Both the position numbers and the translations under genes were made by a program. Below, in pieces: positions 42,201-54,600 of a stretch of 61,530 nt of DNA. Where the stretch lies: the NCBI RefSeq assembly GCF_006345805.1, contig NW_021833608.1, positions 1 to 61,530 on the forward strand. The letters run 5' to 3'. This DNA is from Octopus sinensis. Lineage: Eukaryota. Within the stretch, counting starts at the first letter, position 1, and each line of letters opens with the position of its first letter. The notes under the pieces were generated by a model that ran no database searches, was not told the DNA's origin, and saw only the letters and a list, made by a program, of their open reading frames with translations.

Positions 42201-43002
42201 TGTAGTTCTGTTGGGTCAATATTTGTGTGACTTTCTTTATCTATTTGATGCTCATCTGTCTTAGTGTTTATGATTGGTTCAGGGAGTATTTCACTTTGCC
42301 TATCACTTATACTAACTCTTTCAATCCTCACTTCGTTTTTATCAGCCCTGGGCTGGTCTATAATTATTTCCTCTGCATTATCTTCTCTAGCTGCAGCTTC
42401 GTTCATTTTATCCGATATTGCTTGTCTAACTTGATCAATCTCTACTTCAGTCAGTAATTTTTTTTTTATAATGTTTCTTCTGACGTTGGCAAGTTTGTTA
42501 CTGTCTATGTAGGGTCTTACTTTAGGGTGTTTCTGTCTCCAGTTTAAGTATGCTTGTACAGTGTTAGATTTATCTGTGGGGAAATATATGGCATGGTAGA
42601 AGGCCTCAAGAACTTCTTTATTATCTTCCCTAGACCATTTTTCCTTCTTTTTCTTTTGATTATTTGGTGATGAGCATGGATGGTCATCTGTTGAAATATT
42701 CCGGTTGTGGGGTACGTCCAGCTCCTGTGTGTTGGGAAGATTTGATCCAGTAGCTGATTTTTCAATCAGAATTTGGTTCAATTTTCGGGTACGTGGTCTT
42801 TTGTAATCCGCGCAACGACCAATGCGGCTTATTGTTTGATTTGTTGGCCTTGAAGCACGACGAGCTTCCATTCTTATATTAGGAGATGGATCTGTCAGTT
42901 TATGGTTCACTACATGTAAGCATTGCTCATAGCGCCGCTTCTTAAGACTAGCAGATCTATATTCGTCTGTATTTTTTTGTTGATAGTTTTATCTCCGAAC
43001 AT
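39268..43002 (-). pseudogene. Family A polyprotein (Myb-like N-terminus, RT, CCHC, RLE), disrupted
   Basis: KWSREDNKEVLEAFY..W..NKLANVRR, RT motifs, YMDD; ~79-bp deletion at ~39924 and a 1-bp loss at ~39685 break the C-terminus; likely start ATG at 43002 needs A7 to be A8 at 42972-42978. Confidence 0.85.
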
Positions 43003-43040
43003 TTTTTTCCCCCTCTTCCTTTCTTCAAGTCTCACTCTGC

Positions 43041-43807
43041 CTGTATTAGTTCGAAATAATGAGAATAAAATACGGAGAAGGAAAAGAAAAAAAGGGAAAA
43101 AGACGGGATCTGTTAGTTATTACTGTTATTACTATCACCTTCACCACCATCACCATAATCAGCAACATCACCATCACCATCATCAGCAACATCACCATCA
43201 CCATCATCATCATCAATGACATTGTTTTATATGTAGCCACAGCCAATATCAACACTCCTACTGTCATTGTGTGGGAGAATGGTTGGTTAAAGAATTCATG
43301 TTCTTTGGGTCTATAAATAGATTCGGCCGATGGTGGAGACAAAGGACGTTAATGGTCAGTAAAAAGTCAAGCTTGTTTACATTTATTTATTTATTTATTT
43401 ATTTATTTTTTCTTTCTCTTTTCTTCCTCTCCACAAACATATGTATATGTATACTCACTCACACATATTATCTGATATTTACGTCGATGATTTTTTTTAA
43501 TAAAAAACTTTCTGAGTTCAATGTTATGTATATATTTTAAAAATTTCTGAATTTAGTTGTATGTATATATTAGTAGGTGCTTAATTCCATAACTTTTTAT
43601 CGTGCATTTAATTGTGTTGTTACAATAAAAGGTAATTTAAAAGGCAATTTTACACATTCTTATAGTCATGAGAGACGACTAAATGTAAATGTTCACACAG
43701 AATTGGAGATATTTATGTTTCTAATTTTTCTTGTTAGGTGCACGTTTGTATGAGCTGTAAATATGTAAGTTTTTTAACTTATTTTGAGGGAAATTCAAAT
43801 TACTCAC
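43041..43807 (-). other. Putative spliceosomal intron in the family A 5' leader
   Basis: Donor GTGAGT (43807-43802), AT-rich body, branch-like ACTAAC (43117-43112), long pyrimidine tract (43107-43074), acceptor TACAG|G (AG at 43042-43041). Confidence 0.55.
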
Positions 43808-43898
43808 AGAAAACAGTAGATCTTCCAGTTTTCTACAGTTGTTTTTTTACCGTTGTCCTGCTGGGTTCGCTGTTGCCAGTTCAGAGCATCGTAAAAAT

Positions 43899-43931
43899 AC
43901 GTCCATCGCCTGTCACGTCCAGCCGCCTTCC
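43899..43931 (-). promoter_or_regulatory. Putative internal Pol II promoter (DPE-like GGACGT at +12 and +28)
   Basis: GGAAGGCGGCTGGACGTGACAGGCGATGGACGT directly after (AAT)n; the second GGACGT sits at +28..+33 from the first non-repeat base. Confidence 0.45.
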
Positions 43932-43971
43932 ATTATTATTATTATAATTATTATTATTATTATTATTATTA

Positions 43972-44008
<37 letters not shown>

Positions 44009-44023
44009 TATTATTATTATCAC

Positions 44024-44069
<46 letters not shown>

Positions 44070-44111
44070 TTATTATTATTATTATATTATTATTATATTA
44101 TTATTATTATT

Positions 44112-46922
44112 CTATGTTTGACTTTTGCTTTATGTCTGTACAAGTTGGCTCCAAGTCTCACCCAGAGACCTCAAGAGACAACAGCTTGGAAGTTCTGTGC
44201 CATATATTGGGGTTTTTTTTTTTTTTGGTGTTGTACTAGTGAATGTCTAATACATAAAAATAATAAATGAATAAATTAATTTTAAAAAATAAATAAATAA
44301 AAATAAAAAAATTAAAAAAATTTTTTAAAATAAAGAAATAAAATAAAATAAAATAAAATAAAATTAAAAAAAATTTAAATAAATAAACAAAAAAGTTTGT
44401 TTTAAACCTTGGGATTACATAGAGAGTATTTTGCGTAGGATATGAGCAGTTCCCATGAGCACTGTCTTTTGAATTTCTGCCATTTTGGGGTTTCCTGGTA
44501 TCTGAGTTAGGTAGCAATGAGTCCCTTTCGCTATCATTCCCAGGGCACCTATGACAACAGGTATTGTTTTAGTCTTCAGCTTCCACATTTTGCTGATTTC
44601 TATTTCAAGATCTTTATACTTGCTCAGTTTTTTGGTAGGTCTTGACAGACACGTTTATATCGATTGGGACAGTCATATCAATGAGGAGGCATTTTCTTTG
44701 TCTGAAGTCTTTCAATATAATGTCTGGCCTATTTGCATCTATCTTCCTGTCAGTTTGAATGGTGAAGTTCCAGAGGAGTGAGATGTGGTCATTTTCAAGC
44801 ACTGGAGGTGGATTGTGTTTCCACCAGTTTTTTTCATGGGGCAAATCCAGGTTTTTGCAAATTACGCAGTGAATATATTGTGCAGCTCTATCATGCCTGT
44901 TGAGGTACTCTGTAGGCGCTAGAAGACTGCATTTGGAGACAACATGGTCAATGGTTTCATTTTGTTGTCGGCATACACGACATGTTGGGCTACTGCTGTT
45001 CTTTAATATGTTGGCCTGGTAGTTTCTTGTTGGTAGGCATTGATCTTGAGCTGCTATGATAAACCTCTCTGTTTCAGATTTTAAGCCAGAGGCCATTAGC
45101 CATTGATGGGTCAGGGCTTTGTCGATATCTGCATTATTCGCTCTCTTTGGGTATTTGCCATAGAGAGGATTTTCTTGCCATTTATTATTCAGAATATCTA
45201 AGGCCGCAGTTTTGGCACGGGTTTTCATGCGCCTAGCTTTTTCTGCGCTTGTTTCTTGTATATCTCTCTCTAATTCCGAAATTGGTTGTATTCGGAATTC
45301 ACTTAGATATTCCTTTGCCTGTTTTGTGACTGAGTATGATGCTTTCTTGTTTTCATGTTTTGAGACAAGTTTTAACATCCAGTCCTCAGAGTTTTTCAGG
45401 TAGGTGTCTAGGCCAATTGTAGCAATCTTCATTGATATTGCCAGTTGCAAAAGACCACGGCCTCCCTCTTTTCTTGGCAGATAGAGTCGTTCTGTATCTG
45501 CCTTAGGGTGGTGCATTCTATGCATTGTCCACAGTTTGCTTATTTTTCTGTCGAGCTGACATATTTCAGTAATTGACCAGTTAACAATATTGAAACTGTA
45601 AGTCACGACTGGTATGGCTAATGCATTGATCGCTTCGATCCTGTTTCTTGCATTCAGCTCTGTCTTGAGTATTGCTCTCACTCCTCGATAGCATTCTCTC
45701 CTGATCCTTTCCTTCATCTCTGAGTGCCTTATTCCGTTCCCTTTAATTACCCCTAGGTACTTGCAGCTCTCCGCTGGGTCTAGTTCTTTTATGACATTCT
45801 GCTGGTCAAGGTTAACGTTAGATGTTTCTGTCATTTTCCCTTTGATGAAGGTAGCTTTTGCACATTTATCGAGGCCGAATTGCATTCTGATGTCGTCACT
45901 GAATTGTTTGACTATCGCTAGTAAGCCCTTGAGTTGTTGGTCATTTTTTGCAAAAAGCTTTAAATCATCCATGTAAATGAGATGATTTATATTTTTATCA
46001 AACATTTTATACCCGTACTGCGCGTCATTGAGCAGCTTTGAGAGAGGTATTAAGGATAAACAAAAGAGGAGTGGTGACAGTGAGTCACCCTGGAAAATGC
46101 TACACGAAATTTTTACATCACCAGTATTTAGGGATTCATTGTCACTGTTCAGAGTTAGTGTGGTTCTCCATGATCTCATACTTACAGTCAAGAAGTTTCG
46201 CAGAGTAGGTGCTATCTAATACATTTCTAGGCATTTCCTAATCCAGCTATGTGGTAGGCTATCAAAAGCCTTTTTATAGTCTATCCAGGCTATTGATAAG
46301 TTTTTGTGTGGTTTGTGACAATCTTCTAAGATCATCTTATTGATGAGTAGTTGGTCTTTACAGTCGTAGGATCCACGTTTACATCCTTTCTGTTCATTAT
46401 GGAATATGCTGCTGTCTGTTAAAAAACTATAGGTATATTCCGTCAGGACAGATGTTAGTGTTTTGTACATAGTTGTTAAGCAGGTTATGGGTCTATAGTT
46501 TTTTGGTTCATTTGTTTCTTCGCTTTTTGGAAGAAGGAATGTTAACCCATTAACTAGCCAAGGAGGCATCCTACAAGGGTGTTGCAAAACATCATTGTAC
46601 AGTTCCGTTAGCAGTTCATGGCTCTCTGGGAAGTCATTCAGCCAGAAGTTAGGAATTTTATCCTTTCCTGGAGACTTCCATTTGCTTGACCTCCTGAGAG
46701 CAGATCTTATATCTTCTACCTTGACACCCTCCCACTTTTGCTCTTCTAAGGGGTCCAGTTCTGTAGATAATCTTTCAATCGTTGTGCGTTTTTTCTTCTG
46801 CCCATATTTTATTCAAAAATCCCTGCACTTCTTCTTTAGATGGTACAGACCTTGCAGTAAACACTGTTTTTCCTATCTTCCTGTAAAAATTCTTGGTGTT
46901 ATTTTTGAACATGTTGTTGTCC
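44112..46922 (-). mobile_element. Family A copy (A2 3'UTR), 5'-truncated ~2.8 kb
   Basis: ORFs 46216-46587, 44614-46191; expanded AT-rich 3'UTR spacer. Confidence 0.92.
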
Positions 46923-46954
46923 TATTATTATTATTATTATTACTATTATTATTA

Positions 46955-47061
<107 letters not shown>

Positions 47062-47136
47062 TTCATTATTATCATTATTATTATTATTATCATTATTATC
47101 ATCATTATTTTCATTATTATTATTATTATTATTATT

Positions 47137-48969
47137 CTGTGTTTGACTTTTGCTTTATATTTGTACAAGTTGGCTCCAAGTCTCACCCAGAGACATCAAG
47201 AGACAACAGGGTTGGAAGTTCATGTTGTTGTTATGCCTAGTGTGCCATATATTTGGGTGGTGGGGTGTTGTACTAATGAATGTCTAAAAAATTTTTATTT
47301 TATTTTCTTTTTTAAACCGAAAATTATGTTTGTTTTAAACCTTGAGATTACATAGAAAGTATTTTGCGTAGGATATGAGCAGTTCCCATGAGCACTATCT
47401 TTTGAATTTCTGCCATTTTTGGATTTCCTGGTATCTGAGTTAGGTAGCTATCAGCCCCTTTTGCTATCATTCCCAGGGCACCTATGACAACAGGTATTGT
47501 TTTAGTCTTCAGCTTCCACATTTTGCTGATTTCTATTTCAAGATCTTTATATTTGCTCAGTTTTTGGTAGGTCTTGACAGATACGTTTATATCGATTGGG
47601 ACAGTCATATCAATGAGGAGGCATGTTCTTTGTTTGAAGTCTTTCAATATGATGTCTGGCCTATTTGCATCTATCTCTCTGTCAGTTTGAACGGTGAAGT
47701 TCCAGAGGAATGAGATGTGGTCATTTTCAAGCACTGGAGGTGGTTTGTGTCCCCACCAGTTTTTTTCATGGGGCAAATCCAGGTTTTTACAGATTACCCA
47801 GTGAATATATTGTGCAGCTCTATCGTGCCTGTTGAGATACTCTGTAGGCGCTAGAAGACTGCACTTGGAGACCACATGGTCAATGGTTTCATTTTGTTGC
47901 TTGCATACCCGACACATTGGACTGCTTCTGATCTTTAATATGTTGGCCTGGTAGTTTCTTGTTGGTAAGCATTGATCTTGAGCTGCTATGATAAACCCCT
48001 CTGTTTCAGATTTAAGCCAGGAGCCATTAGCCATTGATGGGTCAGGGCTTTGTCAACATCTGCATTATTTGCTCTCTTTGGGTATTTGCCATAGAGAGGT
48101 TTTTCTTGCCATTTATCATTCAGAATATCTAAGGCCGCAGCTTTAGCACGGGTCATGCGCCTAGCTGTTTCTGTGCCTGTTTCTTGTATGTCTATCTCTA
48201 ATTCCGAAATTTGTTGTATTCGGAATTCACTTAGATATTCCTTTGTCTGTTTTGTTACTGAGTATGATGCTTTCTTGTTTTCATGTTTTGAGACAAGTTT
48301 TAACATCCAGGCCTCAGAGATTTTCAGGTAGGTATCTAGGCCAATTGTAGCAATCTTCATTGTTATTGCCAGTTGTAAAAGTCCAGGCCTCCCTCTTTTC
48401 TTGGCAGCTAAAATCGTTCTGTATCTGACTTAGGGTGGTGCATTCTATGCATTGTCAACAGTTGTTGTATTTTTCTGTCAAGATTACATATTTCAGTCAT
48501 TGACCAGTTAACATTATTGAAACTGTAAGTCACGACTGGTATGGCTAATGCATTGATCGTTTCGATCCTGTTTCTCGCATTCAGCTCTGTCTTGAGTATT
48601 GCTCTTACTCTGTGATAGCATTCTCTCCTGATCCTTTCCTTCATCTCTGAATGCCTTATTCCTTCTCCTTCAATTACCCCTAGATATTTGTAGTTCTCTG
48701 CTGGGTCTAATTCTTTTATGACATTCTGCTGGTCAAGGTTAACGTTAGATATTTCTGTCATTTTTCCTTTGATAAAGGTAGCTTTTGCACACTTATCAAG
48801 GCCAAATTGCATTCTGATGTCATCACTGAATTGTTTGACAATCGCAAGTAAGCCCTTGAGTTGTTGGTCATTTTTTGCAAAGAGCTTTAAATCATCCATG
48901 TAAATGAGATGATTTATATTTTTATCAAACATTTTATATCCGTACTGCGCGTCATTGAGCAGTTTTGAG

Positions 48970-48970
<1 letters not shown>
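47137..48970 (-). mobile_element. Family A copy (A1 3'UTR), 5'-truncated ~1.8 kb
   Basis: ORFs 48408-49058 (part), 47986-48360, 47348-48034. Confidence 0.92.
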
Positions 48971-49023
<53 letters not shown>

Positions 49024-49027
49024 GTTA

Positions 49028-49414
49028 CTCTTTTTTCTTCTTTCAAATTTGCTTCCATTTCTTGCCGAGTGTCTTCCCGACTCCTAGGGCAAAGAAACTC
49101 ATAGTATACATTGGTAGGCCATTAAACCAAACTCAATAGTTCGTTCATTTTTTTTATTTATTTTTAAGTTAAATTAAAATACATTAGCAGCAACAGTTCT
49201 CACATCGACAATGCTCTTCTAAATACGTGTGATGTACCAGTTAAGACAATCTTTTGCACTTCTTGCAGGGATGGTAAGGCAGGGATCATTCTCATATAAT
49301 TTTCGGTTCCCTTCTTGATCATTCCTAGTGCTCCTACGATCACTGGTATTGTAACCGCCTTGAGATGCCACATTTTCTCAATTTCAATGAGTAGGTCTTT
49401 ATATTTTCTGAGCT
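49028..49414 (-). mobile_element. Family C 3' fragment
   Basis: Near-identical to 18276-18670; 10-nt duplication agtaggtctt at its 5' junction. Confidence 0.85.
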
Positions 49415-49422
49415 AGTAGGTC

Positions 49423-49457
<35 letters not shown>

Positions 49458-49472
49458 ATTATTATTATTATT

Positions 49473-49494
49473 CTATGTTTGACTTTTGCTTTAT

Positions 49495-49500
<6 letters not shown>
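49473..49500 (-). mobile_element. 28-nt family A extreme 3' end
   Basis: ctatgtttgacttttgctttatatttgt matches the family A terminus exactly, inside (ATT)n. Confidence 0.8.
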
Positions 49501-49531
<31 letters not shown>

Positions 49532-49913
49532 ATTATTATTATTATCATTATTGTTATTATTATTGTAATTGTTACTGTTAATGTTGTTGTTGCTATTTTT
49601 ATTCTTGTTGTTGTTGTTGTTGTTATTATTATTATTATTATCCTTATCATTACTATTATTATTATTATTAATATTATTATTATTATTATGATTATGATTA
49701 TTATTATTATTATTATTATTATCATTAATACCATTATTATTATTATTAATATTATTATTATTATCAATATTACCATCATTCTTCTTCTTCTTCTTATTAT
49801 TATTATTGTTGTTATTTTTATTGTTATTGTTATTGCTGTTGTTGTTGTTGTTATTATTATTGTTATTATCATTATCAATATTATTATTATTATTATTATC
49901 ATCATCATTATTG

Positions 49914-49944
<31 letters not shown>

Positions 49945-49988
49945 ATTATATTATTATTATTATTATTATTATTATCATCATCATTATT

Positions 49989-50174
49989 AAGATGGTGAGC
50001 TGGTGGAATCGTTAGCACGCTGGACGAAGTGCTGAGCTGCAACTGCATTTCACCCATCACTACCTTCTGAATTCAAATTCCTGTTCGGATGAAATGAGTA
50101 TCTGCGGTGCATTGGGGTTGATGTGAACTAATTGCCCTTCGACACAATTTCAGGCCTTGTGCCTAGAGTACAAA
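49989..50174 (+). mobile_element. SINE family S
   Basis: Paralog of 37545-37730. Confidence 0.8.
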
Positions 50175-50244
50175 TGATTATTATTATTATTATTATTATC
50201 ATCAATATCATTATCATTTAAATTATCATTATCATTATCATTAA

Positions 50245-50286
<42 letters not shown>

Positions 50287-50350
50287 TATTATTATTGTTG
50301 TAATTATTATTATTATTATTATTATCATCATCATCATCATCATCATTATT

Positions 50351-50536
50351 AAGATGGTGAGCTCGCGGAATCGTTAGCACGCTGGACGAAGTGCTGAGCT
50401 GCAACTGCATTTCACCCATCACTACCTTCTGAATTCAAATTCTTGTTCGGATGAAATGATTATCTGCGGAGCATTAGGGTCGACGCGATCTAATTGCCCC
50501 TCGGCACATTTTTAGGCCTTGTGCCTAGAGTACAAA
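50351..50536 (+). mobile_element. SINE family S
   Basis: Same motifs; positional paralog of 38126-38302. Confidence 0.8.
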
Positions 50537-50543
50537 TTATTAA

Positions 50544-50642
<99 letters not shown>

Positions 50643-50645
50643 CAT

Positions 50646-50858
50646 TCAGTAGTTTTATTTTTATAGCGTGCTTTCACTTCACTACCGAGCGCAGCTCTGT
50701 GTGCCTTGGGTATGTGCTGTGATTTGTTGTGATGCCCTGATGGTTACTGTATTGAAAGTGTTCTGCGTAGGATGTGTGCAGTGCCTAGTAGTGGCGATTT
50801 TCTGTATGTTATATGTGTTTGTAAGTCCTGGTGTTTTTGTTATGTATTTGTCTGAATA
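50646..50858 (-). mobile_element. Family B 3' end, 5'-truncated (~213 nt)
   Basis: 3'UTR plus last ORF codons. Confidence 0.9.
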
Positions 50859-50904
<46 letters not shown>

Positions 50905-50946
50905 TAGTAGTTTTATTACTTCACTACCGACCGCAGCTCTGTGTGT
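50905..50946 (-). mobile_element. Family B terminal remnant with internal deletion
   Basis: tagtagttttatt..acttcactaccgaccgcagctctgtgtg matches pieces of the B 3'UTR. Confidence 0.7.
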
Positions 50947-51062
50947 ATTATTATTATTATTATTATTTTTTTTTTTTCAATTTTTCAATCATCATCATCA
51001 TCATCATCATCATCATTACCATTATTATTATTATTATTATATTATTATCATTATTATTATTA

Positions 51063-51094
<32 letters not shown>

Positions 51095-51107
51095 TATTAT
51101 TATTATA

Positions 51108-51196
<89 letters not shown>

Positions 51197-51342
51197 ATAT
51201 AAAGGATTGAGGTAACTCCTCCTGAAGATATAGAGTTAAAATTAAAAGAAGAGTGCCATTGTTATCTAGTGAACAATATTTCGACATCACGTGTGTCTTC
51301 AACTGGTTCAAAAAATAAATTTGTCAATCTACATCATTTTGG

Positions 51343-51531
51343 TTAATATATAAAGGATTCCTTTCAACACATGGCTATGATGCTCCCCCACTACTTCTCT
51401 TCATGATCATGTTCTCAGCCACTATGGGACATGGTCAACTGGTTAAGGTCAAACAACTGACAAGCAAATCTGTGGTATTGAGCAGAATATTTGTTATAGC
51501 CCATATTTTATACCAAGACAAAATAATGTAC
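51343..51531. repeat. Fragment of an unclassified interspersed repeat
   Basis: Non-microsatellite block (acatggctatgatgctccccc...gtggtattgagcagaatatttg...ccaagacaaaa) that resembles an Octopus repeat from memory; not verifiable here. Confidence 0.35.
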
Positions 51532-51608
<77 letters not shown>

Positions 51609-51611
<3 letters not shown>

Positions 51612-54600
51612 TAGTTTTATTTTTATTTTTATAGCGTGCTTTCACTTCACTACCGAGCACAGCTCTGTGTGCCTTGGGTATGTGCTGTGATTTGTTGTGA
51701 TGCTCTGATGGTTATTGTATGGAAAGTGTTCTGCGTAGGATGTGTGCAGTGCCTAGTAGTGCAATTTTCTGTATGTTATATGTGTTTGTAAGTCCTGGTG
51801 TTTTTGTTATATATTTGTCTGAATATTTTTTATCATGCCTAATGCACCTACTATGATAGGAATTGTTTCTGTTTTCAGATTCCACATTCTAGTTACCTCT
51901 ATTTCCAGGTCTTTGTATTTTGAGAGTTTCTCAATTTCTTTTAGAGACACGTTGTCATCAGCCGGTATTGATACATCAATTAGAAAGCATTTTTTTCTTC
52001 ATGATCTCTGACAACTATATCTGGTCTGTTGGCCTTAATTTCTCTATCTGTGTGTATCGGCATATCCCAGAGTATGGTTGCTTTCTCGTTTTCTGTGACC
52101 TTTTCTGGTGTGTGCCTATACCATCTTTTTTCTGTTGTTATTCCATAATGTTGGCATAGCTTCCAATGTATGTAGGTTCCAACTCTGTCATGTCTGTGAA
52201 TATATTCCTTCTTAGCCAGGACTGGGCAGCTAGAGATAATATGATTTATTGTTTCTTGTCCATCTCCACATATTCTGCAGTTACTTGTAATATTTCTTTT
52301 CATTACATGTATTTGGTAATTTCTGGTGGGGAGGCTTTGGTCTTGTGCTGCAATTAAAAATCCCTCTGTTTCTGCTTTGAGTACTGAGCTTCTCAACCAT
52401 TGCTGGGATTTTTCTTTGTCTATTTCTTTTGCGTTTAGTTTAGTGCAGTATTTACCATGAAGGGGCTTTTCTTGCCATCGTTTTATCATGGTTCGTTGCT
52501 GTTCTATTTTTAGTTTGGATTTCATTTGTTTTATAGCTTTTGTTGTTTCTTCATCTTCTTCTTCTTCATGTTTATTAGGTGGTATGATTTCTTGTTTGTA
52601 TTTGTCAGCTTCCTTAAATACTGAGAACAGATTTTTGTTTTGCCCGTGTTTTGCCGCTATGTGGATCAGTTTTCCTTCCTTCTGAAGTAGATATTTTTGC
52701 AGTCCTATGGTGGTTATTTTACAGTAGTTTTCCAGCTGTATAAGACCTCTACCACCTTCTATACGTTGTATATATAGTCTTTCTATGTCAGAGTTTGGGT
52801 GATGCATCCTAGATCCTTTCATTATTTTTCTTGTTTTCTTATCTATTTTGGTCAGTTCATTTCGTGTCCTGTTAAGGATATTGTAGCTGTAACTTATAAC
52901 TGGGACAGCTAAAGTGTTGATACCTATTATCTTGTTTTTAGCATTGAGCTCTGTGTTTAGTATTGATCTAACTCGTCTACAATATTCTTTTTTTATTTTC
53001 TCTTTCATTTGTGTGTGTTGTGTCTTATCTAGTTCATGGATTCCTAAGTATTTGTAAGTTTGGCTTTGGTCTAATTCTTTTATTTCATTGGTTTTATCTA
53101 GTGTGATGTTGTTACTCTTAACTAGTTTTCCTCTTTTCAGGGTTACTTTGGCGCATTTTTCTAATCCAAATTTCATATCTATTTCTTTGGTAAATCCATG
53201 AAATGTCTTTAATAGTGTTTCCAGCTGTTTGTCATTTGCAGCGTATAGTTTTAGGTCATCCATATATAAAAGGTGGCTGATCGTTTTGCCGTAACATTTA
53301 TATCCGCATCCAGTTCTATTTAGCATATCAGATGGAGGTGACAGTGCCAAGCAGAAAAGGAGTGGAGAGAGCGTGTCTCCCTGGAATATTCCTCTTCTAA
53401 TGGGGATGTCTTTGGTTTTCATGAGTCCCTCTTTTCTTTGGAGGTGTAGGACTGTTTGCCATTTATTCATAGAGTGCTCTATGAATTTTATGATTGTTGG
53501 TGCTACTTTGTTAATGGCTAGTGTTTCGAGGATCCGTGTGTGGGGGATGCTATCAAACGCCATTTTGTAGTCAATCCAGGCCATACTGAGGCCTTTCTTC
53601 TTTCTGTGGCTGTCTTCAGTTATGGCTTTATTAATCATTAGTTGATCTTTACAGCCATACGAGCCTTTGCGGCATCCTTTCTGCTCTTCTGGGAACAGTT
53701 TGTTTTCGTCCAGGTGCTTGTTCATCCTTTGTGATATCACTGCAGTAAATGCCTTGAACATAGTAGGGAGGCAGGTTATTGGTCTGTAGTTTTCTGGTTT
53801 TTCTGTTTCATTTGATTTAGGAATTAAGATGGTTTTCCCCTTCGTGAGCCATTCAGGCATTGTCTCTGGCTCTGCTAGTACGTTGTTTTCAGCCAGCTTT
53901 TTGTGCATTCCTGTTAGATATTTCAACCAGAAGTTGGGGATCTTGTCATGCCCAGGTGCCTTCCAGTTGCTTAGTCTTTGCAGTGCCTGGGTGACCTCTT
54001 CAGTTGTTATGTGGGTCCAAGGTTGTTCAGATGCCGAGTTTGTTATTCTGATACTCCTTTTTTTTGGTGGTTCGTTCGCCGACCATATTTCTCCCCAGAA
54101 TTCTTCCAATTCTTCTGCCGTTGGTGCTGCAGTGACTTCTATTTTATTTTTTCCCAGTTCTTGGTAGAACTTTTTGGGGTTGGAGTTGAACTTTTTGTTT
54201 TCTTCAAAGAAGCGTTGGCGTTTCTTGTACCGGCGGATCCTTTGTGCTTTGGCAAGGATATCTTGCTTCAGCTTTTCGTTTATTTCAGGCAAATCTTTCT
54301 CTGTGATGTTATATTTGCGGAGTATTTTTGTTCTCTTTTTGTTGCTCAGTAGCGTTGATTGTTTGCTGATTTCATTAAGAATCGACAGGTCTTTTCTAGT
54401 TTTCTTTTTATTTTGCTTTGGATGTTATTTATCCACAGGGTTTGTTTGGGTGGTGGTACTCCTGTTTGGGCGGGTTTGGGTGAGTATCCAGCTTCTTTTG
54501 TGGCTGCAGTGGCTGCTGCGTATATTAGGTTATTTAGCACAGTGATATATTTTTTTTTGATTCAGTGGCTATCAGTTCAGTGACGGCTAGGTTTATGCTG

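Larger units (their letters stand above)
39068..43931 (-). mobile_element. Apparently full-length family A element (~4.86 kb) including ~0.93-kb 5' leader
   Basis: 995-aa ORF 39923-42910 plus C-terminal fragments to 39268 and 3'UTR. The next (AAT)n junction upstream is at 43931/43932, where GGACGT repeats like those at the family B 5' end occur. The 5' boundary is an inference (no second full-length A copy in the window). Confidence 0.75.

Noticed and set aside
43130-43220. His/Gln-rich (CAC/CAT/CAG) stretch as a host transcription-factor exon
   Set aside because: Short trinucleotide repeat with no flanking domain; lies inside the putative intron.
43800-43931. HDV-like self-cleaving ribozyme at the family A or B 5' end
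   Set aside because: Plausible from R2/R4 biology, but I could not build the nested double pseudoknot or find the typical L3 and J4/2 residues by eye. A descriptor search (RNArobo/Infernal) would decide.
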